63,520 nucleotides of DNA, filler included, from Hyphochytrium catenoides (GCA_900088475.1; 16 parts of 16 records of this genome joined end to end with filler, not necessarily neighbours in it), one strand, 5' to 3'. Counted from the first letter of the whole stretch, positions 24,015 to 36,675 are shown. Notes: generated from the sequence alone by a model not told the origin. Made by a program: numbers and translations.

Positions 24015-25465
24015 GACCGAAAGACGAAAAGTCACTAAAAGAAAACCACCGGGAAAGAGATAAGTGCAGAACTCACACACAGGGGAACGATATCCGCTGA
24101 ACACGAGAGAAAAGATAGAAATATAAGAGAGGCAATGAGGGAGAGAGAAAAGGATTCAGTGCGAAGTCGAGAGAAAGACAAAGAGCTTCTGGGTTTCCTC
24201 TCTCTTCTCACTTTGGGTGTATTTCTATTATGGAGATGCCTGTCTCTTCATCTCCATTGAGAAGCGCTTGCTGGATTGGAGCAGCTCCGCGGTACTGAAC
24301 AAAGGAAGAAGATAAAAGAAGGGAGGAAGAGAGAGAGAGAGAGAGATAGAGAGAAAGAGAAAGAGAAGGGGCAACGAGTAAGCCAAAAAGGGAGAAAGAG
24401 GAAAGGAAAGGAAGACAAGAAGATATCAAAGAAGCAAGAGTGAAAAGAAGTGGAAAATTGAGATCGAGAAAAGAATGAAAAGAGAGAGGAAGGAAGCAAA
24501 AAAGAGAAGAAGAAATTGAGATTGAGAAAAGAATGAAAAGAGAGAGGAAGGAAACAAAAAAGAGAAGAAGAGGAACGAGAGAGAGAAAGAGAAGTAAAGA
24601 AAGAAGGAGAGAGAGAGAGAGAGAGAGGAGGGAGGGAGAGGGGGAGGGAGAGATAAAGGGAGAGAGAGAAAGAGAGAGCGGGAAGAGTGCCATAATACTG
24701 TGACAAAGTGTGACACAAAGGCATCTAGCGGCCAACAGAGGCAGGCCAAACCGCCTGCACGGCACAGCGGAGTAATAAACGTAGAAGAGAAAAGTACGTG
24801 AGAAGAAGAGAATGCGACCGAAAAAGGAGAGAGAGACACACACACAACTGAAAGAGAGACGGAGACCCATTACTGGCATTCTATGGGCCTCCAATGGTTA
24901 CTGAGAACAAAGGTTAAATTGAGAGAGAGTAAGAGAGAAGAATTGAGAGAAGAGAACACCTTGGGCAGGAGAGAGGGATGCATGTTAATTGCCCCGAGGG
25001 GCAAGACGCCTAGTACGTGCCGAGGCTGAGACGGGAAGAGAGAGAAACAGGAGATCAGTCAATCAAATAAGAGGAAGAGGCAAGAAGAAAGGATAGGGAG
25101 CTCGAAGGAAGAGACCACACGAGAGAGAGAGAGAGAGAGAAACAGAGAGAGATATAAACAGACGGACCGAGAGAGAGAAGGAGATCCGCGCAAACGTGGC
25201 AGTTGCAATATAAGCCAGCTGAGAAGACGCCGGCAGAGAAAGGAATCGACGAGGGGAAAGAGAAGAAAGAAAAATGCAGGAAGGCCAATTGTTAGCGGAA
25301 AAGATGAGAGAGAGAGACACAGACAGACAGACAGAAAGAGCAAAGAAACTCTCTGTTACGATGAAGTATCCAAAGGAAACCACGACGCCCAGGTCGAAGG
25401 TCCCTTCCGGGGCGGGCCACTGGGAGAGAGAGTGACTGCGAGATGATAGGACAGGACAGCAAACC

Positions 25466-25517
<52 letters not shown>

Positions 25518-26381
25518 GAGAGAGAGAGAACAACATACAGAGTATGTGAGAGAGAGAGACAGAGGGAGACAGAGACAAAGAGACCAAAAGAGAGAACGGA
25601 TTAATGTACATCAGGAAGTCTTCTCAGATGTGAAAGGACGAAGAGAGAGAGATTGAAGAAGCAGCGTGAGTAGGGTAAGCAGTGTGAATAAGTAAGTAAC
25701 GAGAGGGAGAGAGAGAGAGAAGAGAGAGATAAAAAAAAAGAGAAAGAGAACAGGATTTGTGTGCTGGTCAGATAGGTAGAGAGAGAGAGAGAGAGAGAGA
25801 GAAATAGATGTATGTTGCGCACCCTTTCTCTGGCGTGAGGTAAATGGTGAGATTTTTCTCTTCCGCGAATTGTTTGACGGGCCCCGCCTGCAGCCCTTTC
25901 GACCGCTTCCCTCGCCGGTCAGGGGAGCAAACCACAGAAATATCATGAACCAGACCCTTTTCTCTCTCTCTAGAGAGAGGGAGAGGGAAGACAGAGATAA
26001 CAAGCAAGGAAGACAGCGATCAATGAGACAGAGAGAGAGAAGGGTGGGGGAGGAGGAGAGAGAGAGAGAAGTAAAGAGGGAGTTCGTCCAAGCAACTCTA
26101 AGCAATGCGCTTTGGAAGCAAATTGACAATTAAGTCTCGTCTCTCTACTTTTCCCTCTGTTTCTCTTTCTCTCTCTTTCTCTCTCTCTCTCTCACACATC
26201 CTCTCCCTTATTTCTTTTTACCTTGACTCTTGCAGTTTCTTAAGTGTTGGAAGGCTGACGTGATCATTTCCAAAGAAGAGAATTTTCCATCCTTCAGAGG
26301 AAGACGAGAGGGGAGAGAGAGAGGAGAGAGAGCGGAGAGAAAAGAAATGACCCGGTCTTACGTTCACGGTCTGCCGCCTCC
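23729..26381 (-). CDS. MTFMT: Methionyl-tRNA formyltransferase (organellar), multi-exon, partial
   Basis: Spliced exons give WKILFFGNDHVSLPTLKKL / VVCSPDRRGKRSKGLQAGPVKQFA / FDLGVVVSFGYFI / PRHVLGVLPLGAINMHPSLLPK / YRGAAPIQQALLNGDEETGISIIEIHPK / RFDVGRILLQ, including the canonical N-x-HPSLLP-x-YRGAAP Fmt motif. Confidence 0.93.
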
Positions 26382-27589
26382 TGCAATGAGAAAGACAAAG
26401 ACAGAAAGAGAGAGAGCGGACAGAGAGAAAGAGGGGCAGAGAGAGGCAGAGGTCATGACGAGAGACGCGGAGAAAGAGCACGAAAGAGAGCGAGTGGGGA
26501 AGGGAGAAAAGAGACATGCAAATGAGAGAATGAGAGAAAGAGAGAGAGAGTGAGAGAGAGAGAGAGAGAGGAAGGAGATAAAAAGAGACACTATTAGCGA
26601 AGGTATGTGAAGCACGGGGAAGAAAAAAGAGACAGAGGGAGAAGAGAGAGACAGAAGAGAAAAGAGTGACAGATAGAGAGAGAGAGAGAGACGAAAACAG
26701 AAGACCTGGGAAGGAAGGGGATTGGATGGGGTTGGGGACGATCAAGGGTGAAGGGAGAGAGGACATGTGAACGGAAGGCAAGAGAGAAAAGTAGAGGCCC
26801 GACCAACAGATAATTAAAAAGGGAGAATCAGGGAAACAGAGAGAATCCGGGAAAGAGAGAGAATCAGGAAAGAGAGAGAAAAGGACCTTAAGGGCAGTCT
26901 TCGAAACCAAAGTACCGTCATTTGCACTAACTACCAAGGTTTCTAGGGAAAGAGAGGGAGAAGTGGGAGGGAGAAGCGGAGAGAGAGAAAGCAAGACAGA
27001 GAGAGAGAGAGAGAGACAGAGAGAGAGGGAGAGAGAGGAGAAGACAGAGGGGGAAGAGACCAGAGAGTAGGTAGCGACCGGAGCGAGAAGAGAGAGGTCA
27101 AGAAAGGAGAGAGAGAGAGAGTCTCGTCAAGGCAGAGCTTGGTTTTTGACGCCTGGAGAGTGCAGCTCGGCTCTGATCGTGCTGCCCGCTTCCTCTTTCC
27201 TTCTCTTCCAGTCCCAGACTGATGAGGGGCATGGCAGAAGGGAAGAGACAGAAAGCAAAAGGACCGCAGGTGGACCAACAGGCTGAGAAGAAGAGACAGA
27301 GAGAGAGGGAGCGTGTGCGCAGGAGAGAGAGACAAAGAGAGAAAGAGAGAGGAGAGAGAGAGAGNNNNNNNNNNNNNNNNNNNNNNNNNNNNNNNNNNNN
27401 NNNNNNNNTTAATTAATTAANNNNNNNNNNNNNNNNNNNNNNNNNNNNNNNNNNNNNNNNNNNNAACCGAAACTAATTATAACTTGCCAGAATTAACTCC
27501 AGCGAAAATGGACACAAACACAAAAATAATTTACCTTGGAATTAACTCACAGAATGTTATGGAGGTGATAATTTAATATAAACCCATGG

Positions 27590-28600
27590 CCAATGCTGAG
27601 AGAGTGGCCCTAATTGCCCACCCCTGGAGGTGATAAGGTGCAGCTGACAGCCGCTTTCTCACTCCTCTTTCTCCTGCTGCTGCGTGATTGATGGCAGCTT
27701 CTTCATCATCAGGAGGCAGATCCTTCTTCCTTCGAACCGTCCGCGGGAGCGCGGACACGCATACCAAGTACTTCCTAGTAAAAGCGATGGCACGGGGATA
27801 GAGAAGGCAGCTATGCCTATTATCCAAGAACCAACAAGAAAGGCCCATCTTTACAAAAAACTGCCGCCCACCACCAGGGGCGCCTACTGAAAGAAAGCAC
27901 AAGAGGCGGACGTTAACCTTCCAGGAGGGAAAGATCCTTCTCAAGAGCGTCATCTGCCTCACTGCCTCAACGCTCTGAAAGCGGTAATGCTCAAAAGTGC
28001 CAATGAAAGCCCCAAACACCCTCGAAGAAAGCGGCCTTAGGCGGGTAGTTCGGTCCATGGCAGCCTTTAGAAGCAAGCATCATCAAGGGTCGAAGGTGCT
28101 CAAAATTAGGGAGGAGAAGGTGCACGGAGTGGCCAAATATAAACCCTACCATGTATCGCGATAAATGTCACCGATGGCAGTGCCCCTCCAAGGTCCTCAA
28201 CCATTCGACATCCTCCAGCAGCCCACATGATGGGAAGAAGGAAGAGAGCCTTCGAAGCAACATCATTAAGTCCTCGACAGGGTAATAAGCCAAAAATAAT
28301 CCCCTCGGTCGTTCTTCTCCTACGGTAAATTGAGAACGGCAAGAAGCTCCTTGAACTCCTTTTGTGTATGTGAAGGGCAGTCTAGCCTCCCAGAAGAAGA
28401 CAGCGTCAGGAAGAGTATAGAACGCCCTCCCTGTACGTCCGATACAGGGTTGTTGGCGAAGACGTCCCTACCTCTGGCGCTTGGACGTTCTGAAGAAGTA
28501 TGCGTCGAGAAGCCTCTTAGCCAGGAGGTGCTGAAGCAAGAAGCGTTGATAGGAGTCTAAAGCATACACCCGGTGAGAGTTCTGCAGCACCTTTTGCGCT
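27590..28600 (-). mobile_element. Decayed CRE-clade non-LTR retrotransposon, pre-RT region
   Basis: RLLCFLSVGAPGGGR and AAINHAAAGE...SRGV resemble the segments upstream of CRE-type RT; many disruptions. Confidence 0.4.
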
Positions 28601-29299
28601 TGAAATGAAGAGACCCGAGCAATTAGAAGATCTTCATCATCTTCTTCTTCTTCTCCGTCGTCGCAGGCAGGAGAGGCAAGCCCCAGTTAATTGTAGCTTG
28701 TTGGTAAGGGCCAGTGATCCCATTGAGCTGCCACCGCCACATGGACTGCCGGTACAGCTTCCTATTATAAGGCTTGCATGTTTCAAAGTGTTAACTACAG
28801 CTGCTAGAATTTTCTGCCGGAGCCGTCTTAGTAGTTAGCTGTCCTCCCCCTCTCTCTGCTTATCAGAAGACACGGCATTTACGCTAATTTTATTAGCAGT
28901 AAATAACTAAACAATGAAGCGGCAGGAGTGTCTTCTTCTCTTAAGCTTCTTTTTTTTTTTTGGTTATTATTATGCAAGGGGACTCAAGCACGAAGCTTCT
29001 TTCTTCTGCGCGAGGTCCTCACAGCTGCAGAAGATAAGCACACCAAGCAAGCAGGGGAGGTGATGACGGGCGGCAGTAGTACACATGCGTGAATGAGAAA
29101 AAAACAGCAGAAGAATAGTAGTAGCAGCAGCAGCAGCATTCATCATGATGATTGATGAAGAATTTCGTCTCCAAGTTTGGGGCGAAGGTCCATTTCTTAA
29201 AAAAGTGGCAATAGGGTTTACGAAACTCCTATAGGGTTGTTAGGGTAAGGGGGGGATTCGATAAACCAAGGTCCATGTCCCGACAGCGATTGTTTTTTA

Positions 29300-29990
29300 T
29301 ATCAGCATACGGCTTTTGATGTGTCCGTCACGGACTCGCTACAACCTAGAACCATCCTTATGCAGCAGTCCACGCCGGCTATCAAGAAGGTCGTTTATCT
29401 GAGAAGGCGAAGTCGAAGAATAAAATATGTGGTTCCTTGTTGTAAGGCTGTTGGGTTACAAAAAAACAGTTTATCCCGCTGGTTGGGAGTCGTTGTTTGG
29501 GGGAGCTATGTCTGGTCTCCTTGATTGTGTGGACGAACTTGTCAAGCTTCAGTGTGACCGTTCTGTTCTTGACACTTCTGGGCATCCTCCTGGGCACTGG
29601 TCTAGGCTAGCAAAGGCTTTAACTCTTCAAACCAGAGTGTCCTTTGCTATTTATGAAGAGAATAATGCACTTCAGATTCTGAAGCGCCTTTCTCCTGAAC
29701 ACTTGGATCCTGCTCTGGCGTGTCTGGTTGAGGGCGAGGAGGATGGCGTGGTGTTGTTGGCGGCGTGACTTCTTCTCTTTCTCCTCCTCCTCCCTCTTCT
29801 TCTTTCGTTATCACGGAGGAGTTCATCTATGACTCTTCTTTCTCTGATAATGATGGAGGAGGGGGTGAGGGTGTTGAAGAGACCAAGTCTTCTTCTTAGC
29901 TCTTTTCTCTTCTTCTTCTTCTTCTTCTCTTATCATCTCTTCTTCTTTTCCTTCTTTTGTTGCTTCATATACTTCTTCCCCTTCTAGTAG
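29300..29990 (+). mobile_element. 3' end of a CRE-clade non-LTR retrotransposon: restriction-like endonuclease (RLE) remnant and pyrimidine-rich tail
   Basis: TAFDVSVTDSLQP...KYVVPCCKAVG...FIPLV/WESLFGG...RVSFAIYEENNALQILKRL matches the RLE pattern (DVTV..K..KY...F.PL..E..GG...RLS.A....NA..I..R), with frameshifts. Confidence 0.7.
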
Positions 29991-30029
29991 TAGTAGCATT
30001 AGCCTTAGTTATACACGTAGCCGCCCACA

Positions 30030-30206
30030 CATTGGCTTGGAGCTGAATCTTGGCAAGTGCGAACTACGGTGGCCTAATATGGACCCGGCGCGTCTTCCGC
30101 TTTTCCCTGCGGCGGTCTCTCGCCTAGTCAGTGTGGATGGTGTGGAATTATTAGGTGTTCCCATTGGCTCCGACTCCTTCGTCTCTTCGTATGCATCTTC
30201 TGTCCT
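30030..30206 (+). mobile_element. 5'-truncated CRE-clade RT fragment (thumb region)
   Basis: GLELNLGKCELRWP...FPAAVSR...GVELLGVPIGS matches GLTLNMEKCELWWP...FPDPIRR...GVEILGTPIGS at 60750-60885. Confidence 0.8.
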
Positions 30207-30399
30207 NNNNNNNNNNNNNNNNNNNNNNNNNNNNNNNNNNNNNNNNNNNNTTAATTAATTAANNNNNNNNNNNNNNNNNNNNNNNNNNNNNNNNNNNNNN
30301 NNNNNNTAAATAGTCATTAACCAGGGTCCGAAGCACTGATTAAAGGGACGCGACAAGCTAACATCAACCACAGAGAACATGATAGAAAGGGCGACGCTA

Positions 30400-31248
30400 T
30401 CATCGCCGCATTAGACCGTCTAAGTGCAGATCCACGCTACTATCAGAGCGACAGAGGAACTCCAGCGCATTGCAGACGAGCTCCAGCTGTGCCTTCACCT
30501 CTGATATACTAGGTCTTTCAATGAGCTTAAGAGTCTTAGAGACAGTGAAAGGCGTCTCACTTGCGACCTTCTTGCAAGCATAGCGCTCTACGTGGGAGTC
30601 TCCTATTGAGACAAAGTGAAAGCGTCCCATGGTAGGATCCATAAGACTGGCTGAGCCTGTCTGGAAGCACTCTGACGCTATTAATGAGAAGACTGCATAT
30701 TTCCAATCCTCAGGGGAGCCTCTTAACCCCGTCGTGGGGTCAGCAGGATGAGGAGTCCCTTGCGCTTGAAACCAGGCCCGAGCCGAGACTACCATGATCT
30801 CCTCCATCTTCAGCAAAGATTCTACGCTAGGACCGAACAGCGTCCGCGTTGTTAGCTCGACCCATCCTGTGTCTCCGGCGGTCACAATGAAGACAGGGCC
30901 TAGTATCCGAGCTTTCCATAATAAACGCACTACTCGTCTTGTCACTTTCCTAAGATAACGCCGAGACCTTTCATCCAAAGCAGAGAGGTTGACAACGTTG
31001 ACCGTCCCATCGGCATTGAAGAGTTTCTTAGAGTATGCCCAGGAGCTGGGGCAGAGCGTGTCATCCCAGTCTAAGATGATAGCTGTCCTCTCGTACTCGG
31101 GTAGCTCTGTGGGTGGCGTCACTTCCAAGTCAATGAGGTCGTCCGAGTCCCAATCCATCTCCATTTTAGAGCTGGACAGACAATCGCTGAAGTCATCGGG
31201 TAGAATGGACCGAGGGTTGAAAGGACTCTCGACGCTTACACTTCCCAT
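30400..31248 (-). CDS. HAD-superfamily uncharacterised protein (DWDDT type), intronless
   Basis: IILDWDDTLCPSSW (motif I), VFIVTA (II), P.DWK (III), FVSIGDS..ER (IV), K..K...RP....QL tail. First in-frame ATG at 31248. Confidence 0.85.
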   Translation of the reverse strand: MGSVSVESPFNPRSILPDDFSDCLSSSKMEMDWDSDDLIDLEVTPPTELPEYERTAIILDWDDTLCPSSWAYSKKLFNADGTVNVVNLSALDERSRRYLRKVTRRVVRLLWKARILGPVFIVTAGDTGWVELTTRTLFGPSVESLLKMEEIMVVSARAWFQAQGTPHPADPTTGLRGSPEDWKYAVFSLIASECFQTGSASLMDPTMGRFHFVSIGDSHVERYACKKVASETPFTVSKTLKLIERPSISEVKAQLELVCNALEFLCRSDSSVDLHLDGLMRR

Positions 31249-32185
31249 GCTTCTCAACGGAGGTCGGGAGGTAGCGAGCCAGATAGTAGACAGAAGGGAG
31301 GAGAGAGAGATAAAACACGAGTGTGTCTTCGTGTCCTCGGCTAAGCTTAGGCAAGCGCAAGCGAAGAGGAACCCGCTCTCCTGCGCTGCCGGAGTTAGCC
31401 GTAGGCGGGCTGTGGAGCTCTATCTCTGTCTTCCCTGATGGTTCCTGTGTGATGTCGGTTGGTCTCTTAAACTCCCCGGATCCCCGGACTCTGACGACAG
31501 TAGAGGTGACGAAACCGAGCTCAACTCAGTCACACAGATTTGCTGTTCTATCTGGGTCGGTCTTCCTGTCAACTGTCAGGGGAGGAAGAGAGGCAATGAA
31601 AGAGGGAAGAGATAGTTGGAGTCTGTCTGAGTGACGTCTGGGTAAGAACGAGCGGTGACAGCCTATGCAGATGCCGTGTCAGCGGGAGATGAGATGAAGG
31701 TTGGCGACAGAGTAAGGACATAGAAGGAGGGCGGTCTGGAGCAGGAGCTGGAGGAGACGAGAGAGCAAGAGGACAGTGATGGTCAACTTGGGTGNNNNNN
31801 NNNNNNNNNNNNNNNNNNNNNNNNNNNNNNNNNNNNNNTTAATTAATTAANNNNNNNNNNNNNNNNNNNNNNNNNNNNNNNNNNNNNNNNNNNNTTGGGC
31901 GTCAGGCCCGCGGCGCCGCCCGCCCCACACATTTCCATCCCCATAGACTTCCCCATACATCCACATCTGGACCTGCCGAATCGAATCCATCAATGTTCCT
32001 GTACAAATTTACACGTCTGTGGTCCAGCCCTCAGGTGCGATCAAGGACCTGGTAGCGTTGGGTAGTTATGATAACTGATATGATAACCATTCCAGTTATC
32101 ATAGATTGTTGGAACTCTGTAATCTAGAATCTGGAATCTGGAATCTCTCATCAAAATCTTCATTGAGAATCTCTTATAATGAAAA

Positions 32186-32455
32186 TACTCACATGATGAG
32201 TAAATCTGAGTGAGTAGCGGGCGAGTCTGGTGACTCGTGTAAGTCATCATGTTTTATGAGTACACCTTTACTCATCATGGAGCTTCCGAGTATGAGTATG
32301 AGTGAGCACAAGGTACTCGAGTATACTCGTATATTATACAGGTTTTCGGTCGAGCGACTCATGTTGTGAGTACTTTCAAGCTCTCCTCTGAGTAGTAGGC
32401 TATGATTACAGGCAGAGGAGTAAGCGATGAGTAGAATTATGAGTAAAGGTCTCGA
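32186..32455. mobile_element. GAGTA/TACTC-rich cluster, likely subterminal region of a non-autonomous DNA transposon
   Basis: More than a dozen GAGT(A)/(T)ACTC motifs in both orientations, including palindromic TACTCGAGTA. No TIR pair or TSD identified. Confidence 0.4.
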
Positions 32456-33569
32456 CTGATTGCAGTAAGAATCTGCCGTGTGTGGTGGTCTTCTTCTGAG
32501 ACAATGACGACTACGCTGAAAAAAGTCATAAAAGAACGGTATTCGTTTGTCTACTCTTGTTGGTTGGTTGTCTTTTGCCTGTTCTCCTTCCATGATGCTC
32601 GTCTTTATTATGAAGGAGGTGGTCGGAGGCGCAACCATTACCACTACCACCAAATGCCGCGCAATGCAAATGTCCAAGCAAATGATGATGATGGTCATGC
32701 AAAAGTGCGGACGGCAGAGGAGAAAAAGGAATGATTGATGAGCTCATCATCATGATGATGTCGCCGTTAAATGGCGCTAGCTGACAGGCAAACTGAATAA
32801 TATTTAGTAGTATTGTAGGGACCAGCGAGGAGGGAACGGCGGCTGGTCCCAATAGAAGAAGAGAAGCACGGGACTGAAAGATAGAAATGCTCTCTGCTTG
32901 ATGCTTCCTGGAAGAATAAGGACTGTTTTCCTGGTAGTAAGCAAGGAAAAGAAGAGGTGGGATGAATCACTCTTTATTTAAACTATTTGGTTTCTTGTCA
33001 GTAAGCGACCGATGGCGGAGCCTTCCATCATTGCCTAGAGTTAGACTCATTATCCATCCTTTTAGCAGAAGTCGTTGTCGTCGATGTCCTCTGCCAAAAG
33101 GATGGAGTGAGACTCATTATCACATGCTGCGTCATTCAGTGGGCGAGATGGCGTTGAGAGGATTGGTGCTATAACGCTGCTTGGGAGTGAACTTATTTTG
33201 CTCTCCCGCCAAACGCTTGCCCACAACCATCTAGTTTCTCATTGAACTCTGCTTTCGCCCAAAGGTACTCTTGAACCTAAGAACCGGTTGCTTTAGGCTT
33301 TGGTTCCATTGTCTGGGATGCGCTTGAGAGCAGCGAGCTTGGCAAGCCAAGTGTGACAGCTCTCAGATTGGCGTCACAGTCTCGCCCAGAGCTAAGGCCT
33401 TCCTCTTTAGAAAAATAAAGGCACCCATTCCCATGCCGTGGGTCAGGGGAGAGGACGACAGTGGCGATAGATATGAAGGACGAAGTAGGAGAGGCAAAGC
33501 TAATACATTAAGGCAGTTGCCCTGCTCCTTCCCAGTTTGAAAGGCACTGGGAAAGCCCTCATAGTCCTA

Positions 33570-35828
33570 GTCTAGGGTAACGCTACCATCCTCCCTAACG
33601 AGGGATAGGAGAACTTCTCNNNNNNNNNNNNNNNNNNNNNNNNNNNNNNNNNNNNNNNNNNNNGACGCGCACGTTAGAAGAAACATTGGGAAAGCTGGCA
33701 GTTGGAGAAGGAAGAGCTGATAGATGCTGCTCAAGAAGGAGGAGAAAGTTCTCTCCTGTCATCGAGATAACCACCAGCGTCTTTCTGAAAGGGAGCTCCA
33801 TCATCACGTCTCCAGCAGTAAACGACGTGCCTCTGCCATAGATCTTGTTTCCTCGTATAAAACCGCTGTTGATAAGGGCGATGTCTGCTTTAATCTCCTC
33901 CCTCATTGCGTCTGCTAGGATATTAGCAAAGACGCTCTCTCTCTCCCTCACGACGCTCGCCCGGGTGTCCAGCTCTATTGGAAGGCTGTCTAAGAGAACC
34001 TCATCCTGCTGTACGCCGTCTTTTTCCGAGAGCTTAGACTTTGCTGCCTGAATAATCATGGCACAGCCTTCATCAGGTTCCTGGTGCTTGTTGGAGATAA
34101 ACGCCCAGGACAGAGAGACCGATACATCTCTCTTCTCTGTCTTCTCCCCGTTTCCCCCTCTTGTTGAGATAGAGATAGAGACCGAGAGATCTGCTACTCC
34201 CAAATATTCACAATCCATCCCGCACTTTAGGATGAGTGTGCCATTAACTAAGACGGCGTAGGGGTCATGGTCGTGCCCTCCTAGGATAAGGTCAATTCCG
34301 TTGACCTGTTTGGCCAGTGCCTTGTCTTCCGATAGATTGAGGTGTGTAAGACCTGCGACGATAATAAAGAGAGGCAAGCGACATCAGTGGAAAAGAGCGG
34401 TCTAATGGCTGGAGCAAATTAATGAACGGGTGAAAGAGCGAGGGGAAGAGTCAGTCTAGTCACAATTGACTAAGAAGACTGGCTCGTGTGAATGAAGAGA
34501 ACGGCACTAGCGGAGGACTGCCAGAGATTTATTCTCACCAGGGACGACAAGAGAGAGACGACAAGGGAGAGACGAGGGCTTACGCAGCCAACAGGTAACA
34601 TGTCAAGCAGGAAGATAATGATACACACACAAAGATGAGAGCTCTGACTTACCGACAACAATGTCCACTTTATCCTCTTCTCGGAGCTTCTTCACTGCCT
34701 TGGCAGCATGCTCCACTGCTGGCAAGAACTCTACATCCGGTCCCGGAAAGGACAGCTTCGGTGTGGCTGCCGTACAGACCCCAAATAATCCAATGCGAAT
34801 AACCTACGAGGGCAGTGGTTCACGCTGTCAGTGACTTGTTACTCAGCTCCTTCGACTGCACCTCTAGCACTTTCTCTCTGCCTTACTGTCATCCATCGCA
34901 CATAGAGTTACGCGCTCCCCTCCTTTGATTAAGCTTCTCAAGTCGCTCACCCGACTGTGCGTCACCTAAATGTAACATCTTCTCTCTTTTGCTACTTCAG
35001 GTCTGACGGTAGCTCACCTCTTTGTTGTCTCCCTCTCCTATGCTGTGGGTTAGCACAGCAGTGTCAAGCACTCCTTCAAGGACTTTGCCCGTTCTCTTGT
35101 CCCGAATGTTCCCTCCGAACCATTTGAACGCCGATTGCTGCACAGTCTCTATCAAGACATCAGCGCCGTAGTCGAATTCGTGGTTACCTGCGTCAAAGGA
35201 AGGAGGAAAGCGATAGAGAACAGAAAAGAGAGCGCGAGTTTGAAACGAGAGAGGCGAGCCAGAGAGAGAGTCAGCGAGAGATACACCGGAAAGCCCATTG
35301 AAAGGTTAGCGGAGGACGTGAAAGGATGGAAGCGAGAAGAGGAAGCTCGTGGATCAGGCAGCTCCAAGACATAGCGTAAAGGAGGAAAAAAGAGCTCACC
35401 ACACGTGACAGAGAGCAGCCAAGCGTCCAAAGAAGTGCATACCAAGAGCAACACGAGCGAGAAGAGTTACACTTACCGACACAAGCGAGATCTGTATGGA
35501 TGTACTCGAGAACTTGACGCACCCATTCGCCCTTTAGACCTTGCTGCAGGGCACCACCGCCCAAGACGTCTCCCAGGACCGCCAAGAGCGTATTTTCAGG
35601 AGATAAAGAACCCTCAGGATTGAGAGCTTTGTTTTCCTTTCTTACTTTCTTCAGCAGACTAGCAATCTGTGGATAGCCTCCTAGCCCTTGCTCTGAAGGA
35701 GAGACACTATAGATGTCGTTGAGAGAAAGGAAGCGAATGGTTCCATTGACGCGGCGCAGCGCATTGCCATTGCCATTCGCATTCCCTTTGTGAACCTCAG
35801 AGCTCTTCATGGGGCCCGTGCTTCCCAT
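33570..35828 (-). CDS. 5'-nucleotidase / apyrase family (metallophosphoesterase + 5'-nucleotidase C-terminal domain), multi-exon; 3' end uncertain across an N gap
   Basis: Motifs LNDIY, GDVLGG, GNHEFDYG (split by an intron), GLTHL, ILGGHDH, VRERESVFANILADAMR, DIALINSGFIRGNK, ELPF. No signal peptide. Confidence 0.92.
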
Positions 35829-36261
35829 CGTCTCCGTGAAGGGAGAGAACGTAAAACGATGACGAGAAGTAGAATGCGGGTTGGTTGGAAGAAAGAGACA
35901 ATTTTAGAGCTTGCTGTCTATACTTTCTAACAGTGTATATGGGATCAGAAAGAGAACACTCTCGACTGTCTGCAGCTAATGTTTCCTAGGAGAAAGAGAG
36001 ATTGGGCAGGATGCGGTGACCCGTGGCGGCAGCAAACAGCTGGGAAGTAAGCTGAATGGTGCCTCAGAGCCTAGCTCGAGAGTCACCTGAAGGAGCGAGT
36101 GGTTCTCTACGTGGAGAAACGGCCCTGGCTTGTCTGTGTAAATCTAAGGATTGACTGACTGCGTAGAAGAGGAAGCATCAACAGGGAATCTGGAATGCGC
36201 GGTTAGGCAGAGAGCCAGAAAGAGAGAATTCTTGCTGTTGTAGAGCCAGGAGATGTGTGTG

Positions 36262-36292
<31 letters not shown>

Positions 36293-36639
36293 GAAAAAGA
36301 GTTGGGAAGAAGACGGGGGTAGTAGGTTCTTAGAGAGATGGGAAGATGGGGAGAGAGTGATGGGAGAAGATGTGATAGATCTGATGATGGTGGTCTCTCT
36401 CTCTCTCTCTNCCTTTCCCTTTCCTGCCCCTGCAAGAATCGCAAACGCCACAAAGAAACCTCTCGCATCACCCACCCCATCATACCCATTCATAATCCAC
36501 CTTGCGCTATCATGGACCCACTCATTATGATCCTGGATCTCATCAGCCATCTTCCATCATCATTCTTGATAATAATAATTATTAAAGGCCTTACACCCGA
36601 TACGGAGTAACACATTCAAAATGCCGGTGTGTCCGTTGG

Positions 36640-36675
36640 TGGCGGGAAACGGTGAACTTCAAATTTTTCCCGCCA
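36640..36675. promoter_or_regulatory. Inverted pair of E2F-consensus sites (TGGCGGGAAA...TTTCCCGCCA)
   Basis: Perfect 10-bp inverted repeat with a 16-nt spacer; each arm matches TTTSSCGC. Lies ~0.8 kb upstream of the 5'-nucleotidase ATG. Confidence 0.35.

Noticed and set aside
23593-27416. Many Leu/Ser-rich or Arg/Glu-rich ORFs (also at 1131-1700, 38351-40451, 44908-45731, 58591-59058)
   Set aside because: Translations of (CT)n/(GA)n microsatellites. Only the short embedded exons are real.
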